NCBI RefSeq assembly: GCF_009914755.1 | Contig: NC_060927.1 | Source: the human T2T-CHM13v2.0 reference genome, Homo sapiens | Reading direction: 5' to 3' (one strand) | DNA length: 64,000 nt | Shown: positions 27,415-39,679 of the stretch, one piece after another | Layout: the number at the start of each line of letters is the position of its first letter | Numbering within the stretch: the stretch's first letter is position 1 | The notes under the pieces: generated by a model | What the model was told of the DNA's origin: nothing | The model's input: the letters and a program-made list of their open reading frames with translations, nothing else | Databases searched by the model: none | Position numbers and translations under genes: made by a program

Positions 27415-27489
27415 ATAGTGACTCGCTCAACATCAACTATGTATTTGCACTTGCTAGTTCTAAGCACTGGTGAGTGTTTGAATAATTCA

Positions 27490-28271
27490 TTTTGTTTTTA
27501 CTTTTCAGAGACAGTCTCACTCTGTTGCCCAGGCTGGAGAGCAGTGACATGATTATAGCTCACTACAGCCTCGATCTTCTGGGCTCAAAAACATCCTCCC
27601 ACCTCAGCCTCCCAAGTAGCTGGGAATACAGGTGTGTGCCACTTCACCTGGCTAATTTTCAATTTTTGTTTTTGTAGAGATGGGGGTCTAACTATTTTGC
27701 CCAGGCTGATCTTGAACTCCTGGCCTCAAGTGATCCTCCTGCCTTGGCCTCCCAAAGTGCTGGGATTACAGGTGTGAACCCCCAAAATATGAGCCAGGTC
27801 TGAGTTAATTTAGAAAGTTTATTTTGCCAAGGTTGAGGACATGTGCTTGTGACACAGCTTTAGGAGGTTCTGACGACACGTGCCCAAAGTGGTCAGAGCA
27901 CAGTTCGGTTTATACATTTTAAGGAGACATGAGACATCAATTAACATATATAAGATGAACATTGGTTTGGTCTGGAAAGGGGGACAACTTGAAGCAAAGG
28001 TAGGAAGACTCAAGCCGGGAGGGGGCTTCCAGGTCATAGGTAGATAAGAGACAAATGGTTGCGTTCTTCTGAGTTTCCGATTAGCCTCTCCAAAGGAGGC
28101 AATCAGATGCGCATTTATCTCAGTGAGCAGAAGGTTGACTTTTAATAGAATGGGAGACAGGTTGGCCCTAAGCAGTTCCCAGCTTGACTTTTCCCTTTAG
28201 CTTAGTAATTTTGGAGCCCCAAGATTTCCAAGATTTTCCTTTCACACAGGCATGAGCCACCATGCCCAGCC
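27490..28271 (-). mobile_element. AluJ split by MER4A1 LTR
   Basis: Alu breaks at gattacagg (27772) and resumes caggcatgagccacc (28247). Confidence 0.92.
27773..28246 (-). mobile_element. MER4A1-like ERV1 solo LTR
   Basis: TGTGAA...TTCACA termini, 4 bp TSD cagg, matches recalled MER4A consensus. Confidence 0.88.
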
Positions 28272-28499
28272 AGTAGTAATTCATTGAAGTTTCATATGAA
28301 CCCTATGAAAATGGTATTTTTTCATTCATATTCATTGAAAACAGAGGAGTCAGCTTCATTGTAGAGAAGCTGAGCAACTTGTCCAAGGCCACATGGCTGC
28401 CAAGTAGCTGAGCTGGGGCTCAGGTTTCTTTCACCCTGTTGCCTCTCATCTGAACTGCTCCAACAAGTGTAGCTTCCTCTTGACTGCTGCTCTTGCCTC

Positions 28500-28700
28500 T
28501 GCCGCTGAAAACAGCTAATGTTTATAGAGCGCTTGTCATGTTACAGGTCCTCTTCTAAGAATTTAAAGTCCATTAACTTATTTTAGCTGAGCACCACTTG
28601 TGAGGTGGCCACTGATTTGATCTCTCATTTTACAGGAGAGGAAGAAACAAGGCACAGGGGAGCTTGAGTACCTGGGACTGGCCTGTGATGAAGCTGGGAT
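28500..28700 (-). mobile_element. MIR
   Basis: 'tctcattttacaggagaggaagaaacaaggcacag' antisense MIR core. Confidence 0.6.
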
Positions 28701-29323
28701 CTCACTGCAGTTAGATGTTAGTTTTCAAAGTTTCTCCTGTTTCATGGAGTTTTGTTTTGTAGAAAGACTTTTGTTCTCATTCCTTCATTTTTTTTTTCTT
28801 CCCAGTCATTCAAAACTATATGTTGAGAGACTACTTACTCTTCTAGGTGCTGGGGATTAAACTGTGCCTGGGAATTTGCATTCCAGAAGAGAAGGATATT
28901 GAACTAGAAGGATAGGTTTGCAAGTGAATACTGTATTAAGATGTGAATTTGTGGGTGGCAGTGCTCTTGTATTTGTCCCTGTTTTCATCTCCAGCCAGGT
29001 GGCTAAACCCGTTGCATATTCCTGCCCCTGGGATTGTTTGTTGGGTTGGAGGGTGGGTGGGAGCAGAAGCTGGGGTCTCTGGCAGGAGTCAAAGGGAGTG
29101 GTAACATTTCAGAGGGGATGAGGTTTTGGTTTAGGAGATCACAGCATTCCCAGAGGTATCATGCTTCAAACGCAGTGGAGCTTCCACATCTGAAGGGACA
29201 GCGAGGCCAGGCAGCAGCCCAGGGAGTGCCTGGCAACCCCTGGGGTATTTGTGTGGGGAACCAGTAATTACTGAGACGGAATTTCTCAGCACCCTGAGGA
29301 ATGAGCTTCTGAGGCAGAAACAA

Positions 29324-29325
<2 letters not shown>

Positions 29326-29360
<35 letters not shown>
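29326..29360. repeat. (TCAA)n microsatellite
   Basis: About 9 exact units. Confidence 0.95.
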
Positions 29361-31796
29361 GTGAATATTTCTTGTGTCCCTGGATTGGTGGGCTTCAATT
29401 CACATCCACCCACCACATTTGGTCCATCTCTGGAATGGCAAAGAATATTTACATCACACACAACTGCACCCCATGGTCTGATGATGACGCCCATTGGAGA
29501 TTTGCTGAGCAGAAATAAGGCTCTCAGAAGCCGCTGTTGGGAAGGGGATGAAGACGAAGCTGAGTTTGAAGAGCAGCCTGAATGCTCTCACCCACTGGTC
29601 AGATGTGAGGGTCACCAGAATGGAGAGGAGGTAAATCACTTATTCCACAGTGTTGAGATTCTTCCGTCTTTCTTTCTTTCTTTTTTTTTTTTTTTCTTAT
29701 TTCCCAGGCAAAATACCCTATGACTGAGAGAGAAGAACCTGAATCCTGGCATTCAAGAATATTCCTACAGTGGCCCAGCCTGGTCATGCCATGTAAGGCC
29801 TAGGCCAATGCATTGCCCCACCTGTGGGGAAGGCTGTTTTGTCATGGTGGAAATGAACCCACTGGAAACAATGGGTGTTTTGGGGAGAATGAAGCTCCCA
29901 CTTGGCCCCAGTAGAAGAGCATTCGAGTCTTGCTGGGGCCCATTTCTGAGATGCACCAGAAGTTAATCAACTTTTTAGTGTCAGAAGACGCTTATTTGAT
30001 CCCTGGGGCCCATTTTTGAGATGCACCAGATCAGAGGCTGAGAAACTGCAGAGCTCAGTGACATCACAAGGGTGAGGCCCTCGGGCCCCAGGGCTTTCAG
30101 AGCACAGGAAGGTTCAGTGCTGAGTCTGACTACTCAGAGCTCCAGAGTAGGCTTTCTTGATGCTGCAACCATCACCAGCACACAGTGGGCTGCCGAAAAG
30201 TGTCTGCACCTACCCAGTGAGGACAGGGTGCAGGGGCTCGTCCTCAGTGCTAGACTTCACAAGCCAGGGCTGTGTCTTCAGAACCGGTGTGGACAAACCT
30301 GAGTGGCATATCCCATTCCAAGCTCTATCTGACAGACCCTCACCCTCACACCTGCTCCCAACCACAGACGCTGTAAAGGCTGGGTACTAACGGGTGACGG
30401 AAACCAGTCAAAGAGAAAAGCTGATTTTGGTGGCTCGCACCCAGGCCTTGCTGTTCAGGCCAGCACATGCTGACATGTCACCAAAGCTAATTATCCTGAA
30501 GGACCCTCCCAAACTCCTGGGAAATGGGCTTTTGATTCTGGGTCCCAAGAGTGAGGGTCTACCCTCTGCCCTTTGTGGGAGGCGGGGGCCTACCGGTGGG
30601 GGGCACGGTGAGGTTAGCCAGGCATACCGTCCTTGGGGATTGGTCCTGACAAGGCCACTGGGACATGTGGGGAGACATGGGACATTTCACAGGGTGTTCA
30701 GCCATCAAGAAATCTTGCAGTTGATGTTAATGGCTGAGGAGTGCTTGGGGGCAGGAATCCAGGGTGGGCCTAAGAGTAGTTGGTAGTACACCACTGGTGC
30801 TCCTTCCTAGGGGAGACTGCTGCCCTCTCTGTGTGTGCTTTCATGTGGAGTGGGGAAGGTGGTGCTTGTGCCGGCTGGGCAGTGGAGCATTTCAGACAAA
30901 GAGGCATGTGTTGAGGGGTTCAGAGGTGAGAAGGGGCAGCAGGCAGGAGACCTCAATTAAATGTAAAAAGCCTCAAGAAATTGTAAGCACAGGAGAGCAG
31001 TGGTCAGATGAGGGTTAGATAGCTCAGCAGGGAGAAGGAGTACATTTGGACTTGATGCGGAATTCCTTGGCAGATTAGAGGCTTATAGAGAGGGGTCTGG
31101 GTGCTCCATCCAGGGCGTCCTTTGTGGGCCATGGGTGCTGTGCTGTGGGAGTCACTATCTGTGGCTGTGGGGCCTTCAACTGACCTTCAGTCTTGCCTAC
31201 TCGCTGCCTCTCCCAGAGGCACGGATACAACAGGGAGCCTCCCTGTGGACTGGCTTTTCTCCCCAAGCCGTGGGGACCCATGGGGTCTTCTGGGAGGCAG
31301 TGGTGGCCTCACCACCAAGCAGCCGTATGACTCTGGGCAAGACTTTTGCATCTAAGCCTCCATTGCCTCACTGTTGAAATGAGAGTAATAATCCCTTCTT
31401 GAGAGTGGTAGAAAGCTGAACAGACTGGCCCTGGTAGGTGCTCAGACACTTGGCTGTTTTAATTATTCCTAGTACAGGCAAACCTGCCCCCACCACCCCA
31501 CGCTTGTGGAGACTTTGCTGGGTTTATTGGCCCTCCTCTGCCCCCAGTCCTCTCTACACTTTATTTTGCTGAAATTCACTTCAACAGGGGGATGTTCAGC
31601 CAAGACAGGACAGAAGCTGGTGCTCCTGACTTTTTTGGATTTGCTTCAGCTGGATACAATGTTTTGGGTTGACCATTTAATTCAGATTTCCTAGTTCTCA
31701 CACACCTTGGAGGATTTTTCCCCGGAAATACTACGAAAGTGGTAACTTCGCCTCGTGTAGAGAGACTGCTCAATGAATAAATTAAGCTAGATTAGA

Positions 31797-32315
31797 ACAG
31801 CTGGGTTTCACCAAGCCCAAGGGGCCCAGGAACAGAATTCAAAGGATCAGTGAACTAGAGGGCCAGGCATGGTGGCTCACACCTGTAATCCCAGCACTTT
31901 GGGAGGCCGAGGCTTCAACAGCTCAATGAACTAGAATGGGAGATTAGAGCTTAACTTTTGAAATTTAGAATTTCCTTCAGTTATAAATAGCAACAAACCA
32001 ACCTTTGTAGTATTACCAGAAACTGAGACTTTATTTCTAGAAATCTCAGCTTTTCACATATTGTTACAGCTGCCACTGATTTCTCAAAATGTCATTTATG
32101 CCCATCATAAAGGAGCATATCATGAATTTATGGTAATTAGACCTGCCACTAGGTCTTGTTATTTACTGTGTTAAAAAAGAACATCTATCTGCATAGCCCC
32201 CACTTGTTTCATAATTGGATAAATTAATTGAAATGCAATTAGTTTTCTTTGTAATTATGAATTTCGGAAGAAGTCCATAGGCTTCTTCTGACACTAAAAA
32301 ATTGATAAACTTCTA
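31797..32315. mobile_element. hAT-Charlie-type DNA transposon relic (Charlie4/MER80-like)
   Basis: Reverse-complement similar to 54350-54760 (gaaatttagaatttccttc vs aaggaattgctaaatttc); family name from memory. Confidence 0.5.
31861..31913 (+). mobile_element. Alu 5' head fragment (53 bp, no tail)
   Basis: ggccaggcatggtggctcacacctgtaatcccagcactttgggaggccgaggc. Confidence 0.92.
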
Positions 32316-33439
32316 GACATTGGAGAACTGGAAGGATAAAGTGGCAATTCCCAGTTTAGCCACAAGAGGGAACTATTTCACAACTTATGTTTAGAAAGAT
32401 CATAGCTGGGATTTTTCTTATTTCCTCTTAACTCGTTCTAAAATTGGTTCGAATTTTCTTCTTTACTGTTAGCAGTGTAATTGGGGTGCTGTGATGAGGC
32501 TCTGTAGCGGATACCCCGCCAAGAGCTGAAGCATCCCTGTCTCATGAACCCAGGAAGACGTGATATGAAAAAGTGAGTCTCCCAGGCACTAGATGAGAAT
32601 GCCAAGTTTAGTGCCCCAGCTTGTTTGCTGTCTTCCCCCTGCCCCCTGAAACCTTGTAGAGCAGAGACGATACCTCCTTTTTTATTCTCATAGGAACAGT
32701 TCCTTCTTCAGGTTAGAAACACAGCTGAAGGTTTTCCACGAATACAGTGGCTGTTAGAAGAATGTGTTGTTTGTGTGTATGTGTGGGAAGGGGGCAGAGG
32801 CAGGGTTGGCGTGGGAGGGAGGGAAATGAGAGCTTTAGAGGTGGAGAGAGGCTGTGATCCTATAATAAAAACCCGAGGACCTGGCCAGGCCTTCCACTTG
32901 GTTATGCAGTGGTTGCCCCTAGGGCTGATTTTAATGGGAACAATTTCACACGTTCCCTTGTCGTTTGGCCACATCAGCACTTAGGTCACCGTATATATTT
33001 AAGTGCACAGAATTGAGGTCTTAGAGTGTCTAATTGCAAAGGGCGGCAGCCACTTTCACAAGTCAGCATCCTACGGAGGAGTAGCTCTGCAGTCCCTCAC
33101 TTGCCCTGAAGTAGGTCAGGCTGGAGTAAATGCAGCAGATGTCCACGTGGGCGCAGTCGCGGCCACAGAACACAGTTCTGAGTTCAAACCTACTTGTGAC
33201 TCCAAAATTAACATTTGTTACACTGTCTGCCTCTCTGGCCTTTAGGGATTGTTGCCTGTTTTTTTTGTCCCCCAATGTTAGTTATGAGCAACATTGAACA
33301 ACTCACTGTTGAAAGCAGGGCTTTACAGGCTCCATCCTAAATGCTGGGGCCAGGAGAGAACCAGCCATAAGTGCTGTGGATCCCTAGAGCTCACAGGATG
33401 CTTGGCACGTGTTGGGTAAATACAACCCCTCTGAATACG

Positions 33440-34030
33440 GTCCTTTCAGGTGTGTCTACCGTGTGACCAGCAAGTTGTTGATCTTCTCTGAGCCGCAGTT
33501 TCCTCATACATAAAACGGGAATTCTTTTACCTCAGGAGATTGTGGTGAGAAGTAAGGAAACAGATCGTATACACAGTTAGCACCGTGCCTGGCCATTGTT
33601 ACTGAGGATCACAGCTTTGTTCCTTAAGCATATGGTGTGCATGGGACAGACAAATAGTAGCCAAGAGCATGGGCTGCTGGTGCATCCTGCCTCACTTTAT
33701 GGCACTGGTGCTGCCAATAACCTGGTGAACTTAATAACTGCTCTTCATTAAAGTGCCAGGATTTATTTTGTGAGATGACAGTGTGACAAGTTGGTGCAGA
33801 GCATGGGCCCTGGAGCTGGATGGCCTGGGCTAAGTCCCAGATATGACTTATGGCTGCAAGACTTTAAACAAGTTCCTTAGTGTCTCTGTCTTTAGTTTCC
33901 CATCTTTAGAGTAGGGACCATAATGGTACTTTCTGCATAAAGTTATTATGAGTTAATGCATGAAAAGCACTAAGAATGGTCCCCGGCACATTAGCAATTA
34001 CTCAAAATTATGAGCTATTATTATTACTGT
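33440..34030 (+). mobile_element. Two MIR copies (~33440-33600 and ~33780-34030)
   Basis: 'tctctgagccgcagtttcctcatacataaaacggg' and 'tctctgtctttagtttcccatctttagagtaggg' cores. Confidence 0.72.
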
Positions 34031-34149
34031 TATTGTCCTAGACAACTTGCTAAACATTCTCTGATGACAAATTTCAAGAGTTGTGTGAATCTTCTAGACA
34101 GTCTAGACCAGTGGTCTCATGCTTCTGGAACCTGTTTCCTCAACATGCT

Positions 34150-34745
34150 AGGGTAGTGGGGTGAGGATGGGATGGGAATGGATGAACCTGGGTGGTACGG
34201 TGGTGGGGGTGATGGTGGAGGTAGTTGATCAGTGGCAGTGGGACTGTGGTGGTACCACGGTGGTGGAGTGATGGTTGGGTGAAGGTCGGGTGGTGTGATG
34301 ATGCCTGGGTGGTTGTAGTGAGGTAGTTGTTGGTGCTGTGGTTGTTTCTGGGGTAATGGTGGTGTTGGTGGAATGATGTGTACTGGTGGTCGTGGGTAGT
34401 CATCATTGGTGGGGTGACGTGAGGTGGTGGAGTGGGTGATGGAGTGATGGTCAGGTGGTGTTGGTGGAATGATGTGGACTGGGGGTGGTGCATAGTTGGT
34501 ACGGTGGGGTGGTTGGTGTTGGTGGAGTGGTAGGTCGGTTGGGGTGGCTGTTTGTGATGGTGGTGGAGTGATGGACAGGTAGTGTTGGTGTTGTTGATGG
34601 AATGATAATGAAGGGTTGGTGGAGTGATGAGGAGGTAGCTGTTGGTAGTGTAGGTTGGAAAATGATGATGGAATAGTTGGTTGGTGGTGGTGATGGAGCC
34701 GTAGGGGCAGCAGTTGGTGGTGGCAGGCTCTGGCAGTGGTGACAA
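34150..34745. repeat. Degenerate (GGT/GAT)n low-complexity tract
   Basis: ~600 bp almost only G/T/A on + strand with internal reiterations. Confidence 0.92.
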
Positions 34746-36542
34746 GATAGGAGGAGCAGCGCTTCTCTCTGACTCCTTGGAGGCCATCCTTGCTGTGACC
34801 ACCATGGTAGTGCCAACTTCAAGAACTAGGTTTGTGCCTGATTCTAGCTCTGCAGGACTCCTGGCTATTCTCCCAGAGGGCCCTGGTGCTTCCTCCGCCT
34901 GGGTCAGTCCTGGGTGTGCTGGAATTCTAAGCTGCAAGATCAATTTCTGCTTGTGGTCTCAGAACTTGTTTCATTTATTTATGGACATGCCCACACTTGA
35001 TTTTATAGTCTTGCCTCATACTCCATTTTTTTTCTTTGAGAAACCACAGGCACTTTAAAGATATTGTACAAATATTTCTTATAACAACTTTTTGATGCTG
35101 GGGTCAGGTAACAGAACCTTGCTTTATAGGTGACAAAATTGAGGTGATTCTCCAGGTTACATGTTTCTTAAACCATTGAGAAGTGACATCTCGTTTACAA
35201 CCCTTCCTGTGGCTGGTAGAATTAATTTTTGTTGGAAAAAAAGGTCATTTTGTTATATTTAAACCTCCCCTCAACTATGAAAAAAGAGAGCTGTTTCTTT
35301 TCTTTTTTCAGAGAGCCCACTGGGCGCCTTGTTCCTGTGTATTTGTCCATGACCCTAATTCTTTACTGACGTGAGCGAGGTACCAGGAGTGGGGGCTGCA
35401 GAGTGAGGACACGGGAGTGGACGTAAAGTTTTCATTTGAAGCTTCAGTGAATGGGGTCTGTACAACCCTTGTCATCCAAGGGAGCCATTTTGGAGAGAAA
35501 AAACAAAACAAAACAAAAAAACTTCTGTTATTTTTGACCACTTAAAAAATATTTGCTTCACATTTGGTAAAACTGAGAAAAATCACATTTTCCTTAGTGA
35601 AAGCAGCTGCAGTTTCTTCCATAGCACCTTTGAAGATGGGATGGGAGGGGAGCCAGGGATGGTGCACTGTTGGTGCATGGGCCAGGGCAAGTGCAGGTTG
35701 CCTTTAAGCAGATGTGTTTTAACTGAAAAAGGAATAAAAGGGTACACTTCAGGACATACTTATCCCCAAAAGGCTGCTTCCTAAAAATGCTAATTGTGCA
35801 TGTTAAACAGAAACCATAGGCTCCTGACAGCCTCACAGAGTCCTGTTTGTGGATGTTTTATGGAGGTGATTTAAACCCTAGGACTCTTCCTTTCTTCCCT
35901 CTCGTGAAGGATCTTGGTGTTACCAACTCATTAGCTCGTGTTCCTGTTATTTGCCTGCAGTTGCAGTCCTCTGCTTTCAATAAACGGGCCTAGCACTGTC
36001 AGGGGATGTTGAAGTCACGGAGGTGGCCACACTGGATAATCAACAGTGATGACAACTTTGCAAATTTAAGAACAGCACACGAGGCAGAAATGAGAAGCCG
36101 CATGAAGTGCTGATGAAGAGCAACTTTCTAATATCCTCCTCCTGTGGTTCCACATGAGATGTGAGCTGTGAAGGAAAGAGAGTTATGAACCAATTGGTGC
36201 TTTGAATTGAGATTCTCAGAGTCCACCCATGCTGCTTTGTGTGGAGTCTTGGGGCATTTATTCAACAAAGACATCCTGGGGACCTACTCTGTGCCGGACC
36301 CTGGGCTAGGTGCTGGAAGGAAGTGATAAGGAAGACAGGGACCCTGTCATTGGTGAATAAACAGTCACAGGGGAGAGATGTAGACAGACATGGATACCAG
36401 GAAATGCAATATGGAGTGAGAAGTGTTGTAACAGAGTGTTGTTCCAAAAAGGATTCAAGGAAGCTGGAAGTGTGCACAGGTAACACAGGAATACATGAGA
36501 GAGAAGTTTTGCTCTGCTGGATTGAAGATCAGAGTGGAAAAG

Positions 36543-37070
36543 ATTGTCAATGGCCACCTGCCAAAGGCCACCAGGGAAACACCTGCAGTCATAATTTGCT
36601 ACACCAAAAGAGAGTGAATGCCACAGAGAACCGTGGATGTGTGGATAAGAGGGAGTTAGTGGGGCTTACTGGAGGATTTGGTCATGTGTTTGGTGATTTG
36701 GGGAAGAGTACAATGAAGCTGGGCTCTGTTCTGGATTGGTGCTGTCAGAAAGTGGGGCAATTTGGTGAGTGAGCATCTTACACTAGTACTAGTATACTAA
36801 TACTGGGGTTAGAGGTATCACTGGAAAAGAAGCAGCAGCATCTCACGTTAGCCTAGGGAGAGGGAGGTTTGGTCACTCTTGTGATTGCACAGGGTCTTTG
36901 TTTTTACCTCTGTTCAGGTCTGATCATGGAGCAGCCATCTGCTCCTGAAGTTCTTTCTGAAGTCTTTCTGAAGTTCTCAACTGCTACTGATATTCTCTGA
37001 AAGATTTTGTGTTCATCAGGGGACAACACAGTCTAGCAGGTAGAGATGAGGCCAGCTACCAGCTGAAAAC
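36543..37070 (-). mobile_element. Old ERVL-type LTR (MER76-like, uncertain)
   Basis: Resembles recalled consensus; boundaries approximate. Confidence 0.4.
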
Positions 37071-38174
37071 TCTCAAGGCTGCTTCCCCATCACCCCTCCA
37101 CCTCTGGGCACTGAAGGATGAGTAGGAGTTTCCCAGATCGGAAGGTCAAAAAGGGATGGGCATATGAGGCAAGAAGGCATATCTGGAGTAGGCCTGGGGA
37201 GGTACCGAGTATCCCAGTAGGCTGAGGGACACCAGAAGTAAGGACGTGGGTGAGAACCAGGGGGTGTAAGCCCAAGGAGTCAGACAGGGCCCTATGGTGG
37301 GGGCCTCTGGGGCTTGCTAAGGAGCTTAGATGGAATCCTCTGGCCATATTAATCTGAGTGCTCAACTCAGAGCGGGTGATCAGCAGATGTTTATTGAATT
37401 GGAATATCGGTTAATGAATTGGACCTCTTTTTCCTTGCAAACCCCACCCTCATGCACCCAATATAGTGCCATCAAAGACAAGAAGAAAAGCTACATGAGG
37501 AAGGGATATCCTTCTAGGAGTCCAGATGTCCTGCCCTTACAGTAGCTTTTGGAATACTATAGTCACAGAGCTGACAGGGTTCTTAGGGTACATTTGGTCT
37601 GCCTCTCTGCTTTTACAAAAGGGCACCTGAAGCAAGATGCGACAAAGTGCTTGCTTAATGCTTCACAGCAGATTGTGAAAGAATGAGGACTTGAACTCAC
37701 ATCCCTTGCTTCCTTGTTTCTGCCCTTTTCACTACAGCAACACTTGTCCTTGTCATCTATAACTTTCCCAGATTAGTTCTTCTATAACCCTAGTGAACCC
37801 TGGGCCTCCACATGGCTCAGTCTCTGCAGAGTTCTCCATATACAAAAACAAAACAAAATTCAGCAGCCAGAAGTACTTGAGAAGGAATTCCATTTGCTGC
37901 ATGACTCTGTTGAACTTCGAGGGGATAAGAGTCACCAGCCACAGTTCCACTTTTCAAGGACCCTTGCCTCTACTCCTCAGCTCCTCCGGATGGTCTCTTG
38001 TGCCAGCACCCAAGCTGCTCCTGTAACCACAATCCAGAGCTGATTTTTCTCTTGCTTCTTCCTTCCTCATCTAGTTCTTTATTAAAGAGATTGACCTGGC
38101 CTCTCTGCGCATATCCTCCCTACCTTCTTCCTGTCTCTCAGGACTCATCTCCCCTCTTTTATCTGCCAGTGTTG

Positions 38175-38615
38175 TGTCTGGCAGTATGTTACAGAAACCT
38201 CATTACAGTGGCTAAAATAAGTAAGAGATTTATAATCTCTCCCCAGACAAGAAGTCCATAGGCAGATGCTCCACCGCTGTGCCAGAAGCTCTTCCTGGTT
38301 TTCTGCTCTGCCAGTTAGGGTGGATGGTTTGCTTCATCTCACAGATGGCTGCTGCACCTTTGGGCGTCATGCTTACATTCCAGGTTAGAAGAGGGGGAAT
38401 GGCCAAAAGCAAAAGATATGTGCCTGCTGAATGGTCTCTTTACATCAGAAAAACAATTGATTTTCTGGAAGCCCCAGCCGGTAGAATTCTCCCTACACTC
38501 ATTGGCCAGAGACGGTCACATGGCCATTGCTAGCTACAAGGGAGCCTTGGAAATAAGGCCCTGAATAGATAAGGGAAGAATGGATATTGTGTAAGAAGCT
38601 AGCAATGTCTGCCAT
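38175..38615 (-). mobile_element. MLT1J/K/L-type MaLR LTR
   Basis: 'cacagatggctgctgcacc', 'cattggccagagacggtcacatggcca...tagctacaagggag'. Confidence 0.7.
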
Positions 38616-39454
38616 ACTCATCTTATAACTTTTGCATCACAAAAATCTGGGAGCTGACTTGGCAAAAACAGGGTTTCTTTCCATGTTGGGTTGGGGAATA
38701 GGAGTTTATTAAGCAAAGTTATTTACAGATGAATAAATATTAGCCTAAATGAGTATGATTGATTCTAGAGCACATTGATTTTGTTTTCATGTTGCAAATT
38801 TTTAGCCTTTAAAAATAGAAATTTAAATGGGCATTTAGGACATATTGCCTATAGGAAGCTAAACACTTTTTCTTAATGCATTATATTCAAGATTAGGGCT
38901 TTGCTCTGAGATTCCCAATTCCAGGAAGAAAAGTTTCTAAATACATTCTACTTGGAAAAATTATAGTTGTTTTCTCTTGTGCACTAAAATAAAATCAGTA
39001 CAGAGAAAAAAACCCCACCAAGCTTTTGGTACTACAATTTCAATTCTCATCTTTGTCAATGTGCACATAGGCATTTAGTGTTATTATAATGAATGCATAT
39101 CAGTTGATTGTAATCTGTTCTTTTCCATTTAATATTATTTTATAGCATGATTTTATAAACATACAGTTCATATAGTTATTTTTAGTAACTATATATTTTG
39201 AGATATCATAATTGGCTTAGTCATGCTCCTTTGACCAGTGGTAATTTCAAAAATATTTAACAACTGATATTCATATTGATCAATCAGAACACTCTAGGCT
39301 ATAGAAACAGAGTATGTCCTGGAGGTCTCTGTAGGACCTGACATTAATTCATTTGTTGCTGGATTGTAGGGTAGATTGTTGGTGGTTGGGAGGTTGGGTA
39401 GGGAATATTTACTAACTGATATGGAAGAAATGTAACTATTTTCTTAATTAAAAT

Positions 39455-39679
39455 TCTTTTTTTGTAGAGGTGGGAGTCTTGCTAGGTTGCTCAAGCTGGT
39501 CTCAAACTCCTGCCTCAAGCGATCTTCCTGCCACAATTCATTTTCATCTATTTATCTATTTTATAGAGACAGGGTCTCACCATGTTGTCCAGGCTGGTCT
39601 CAAACTCCTGGGCTCAAGCCATCCTCCCGCCTTGACCTCCCAAAGTGCTGGAACAGGTTCGAGCCCCTGTGCCTGGCCC
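39455..39679 (-). mobile_element. Two adjacent Alu left-arm/FLAM fragments
   Basis: Two successive 'ctggtctcaaactcctg' monomers. Confidence 0.8.

Noticed and set aside
29933-30030. Repeat-spacer-repeat resembling CRISPR (28 bp + 42 bp)
   Set aside because: Only two copies, human DNA, no cas genes; treated as a local duplication.
28900-31340. GC-richer unique region with many short overlapping ORFs
   Set aside because: CpG-depleted, no coherent exon chain or recognisable protein; a lncRNA or enhancer cannot be excluded from sequence alone.
34140-34943. 267 aa minus-strand ORF (longest in the track) and overlapping 123 aa ORF
   Set aside because: His/Thr/Pro-rich translation of a low-complexity (ACC/ATC)n tract that lacks stops; no splice or promoter support.
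36239-36772. 177 aa ORF
   Set aside because: Non-ATG start, spans L2-like and LTR-like relics, no recognisable domain.
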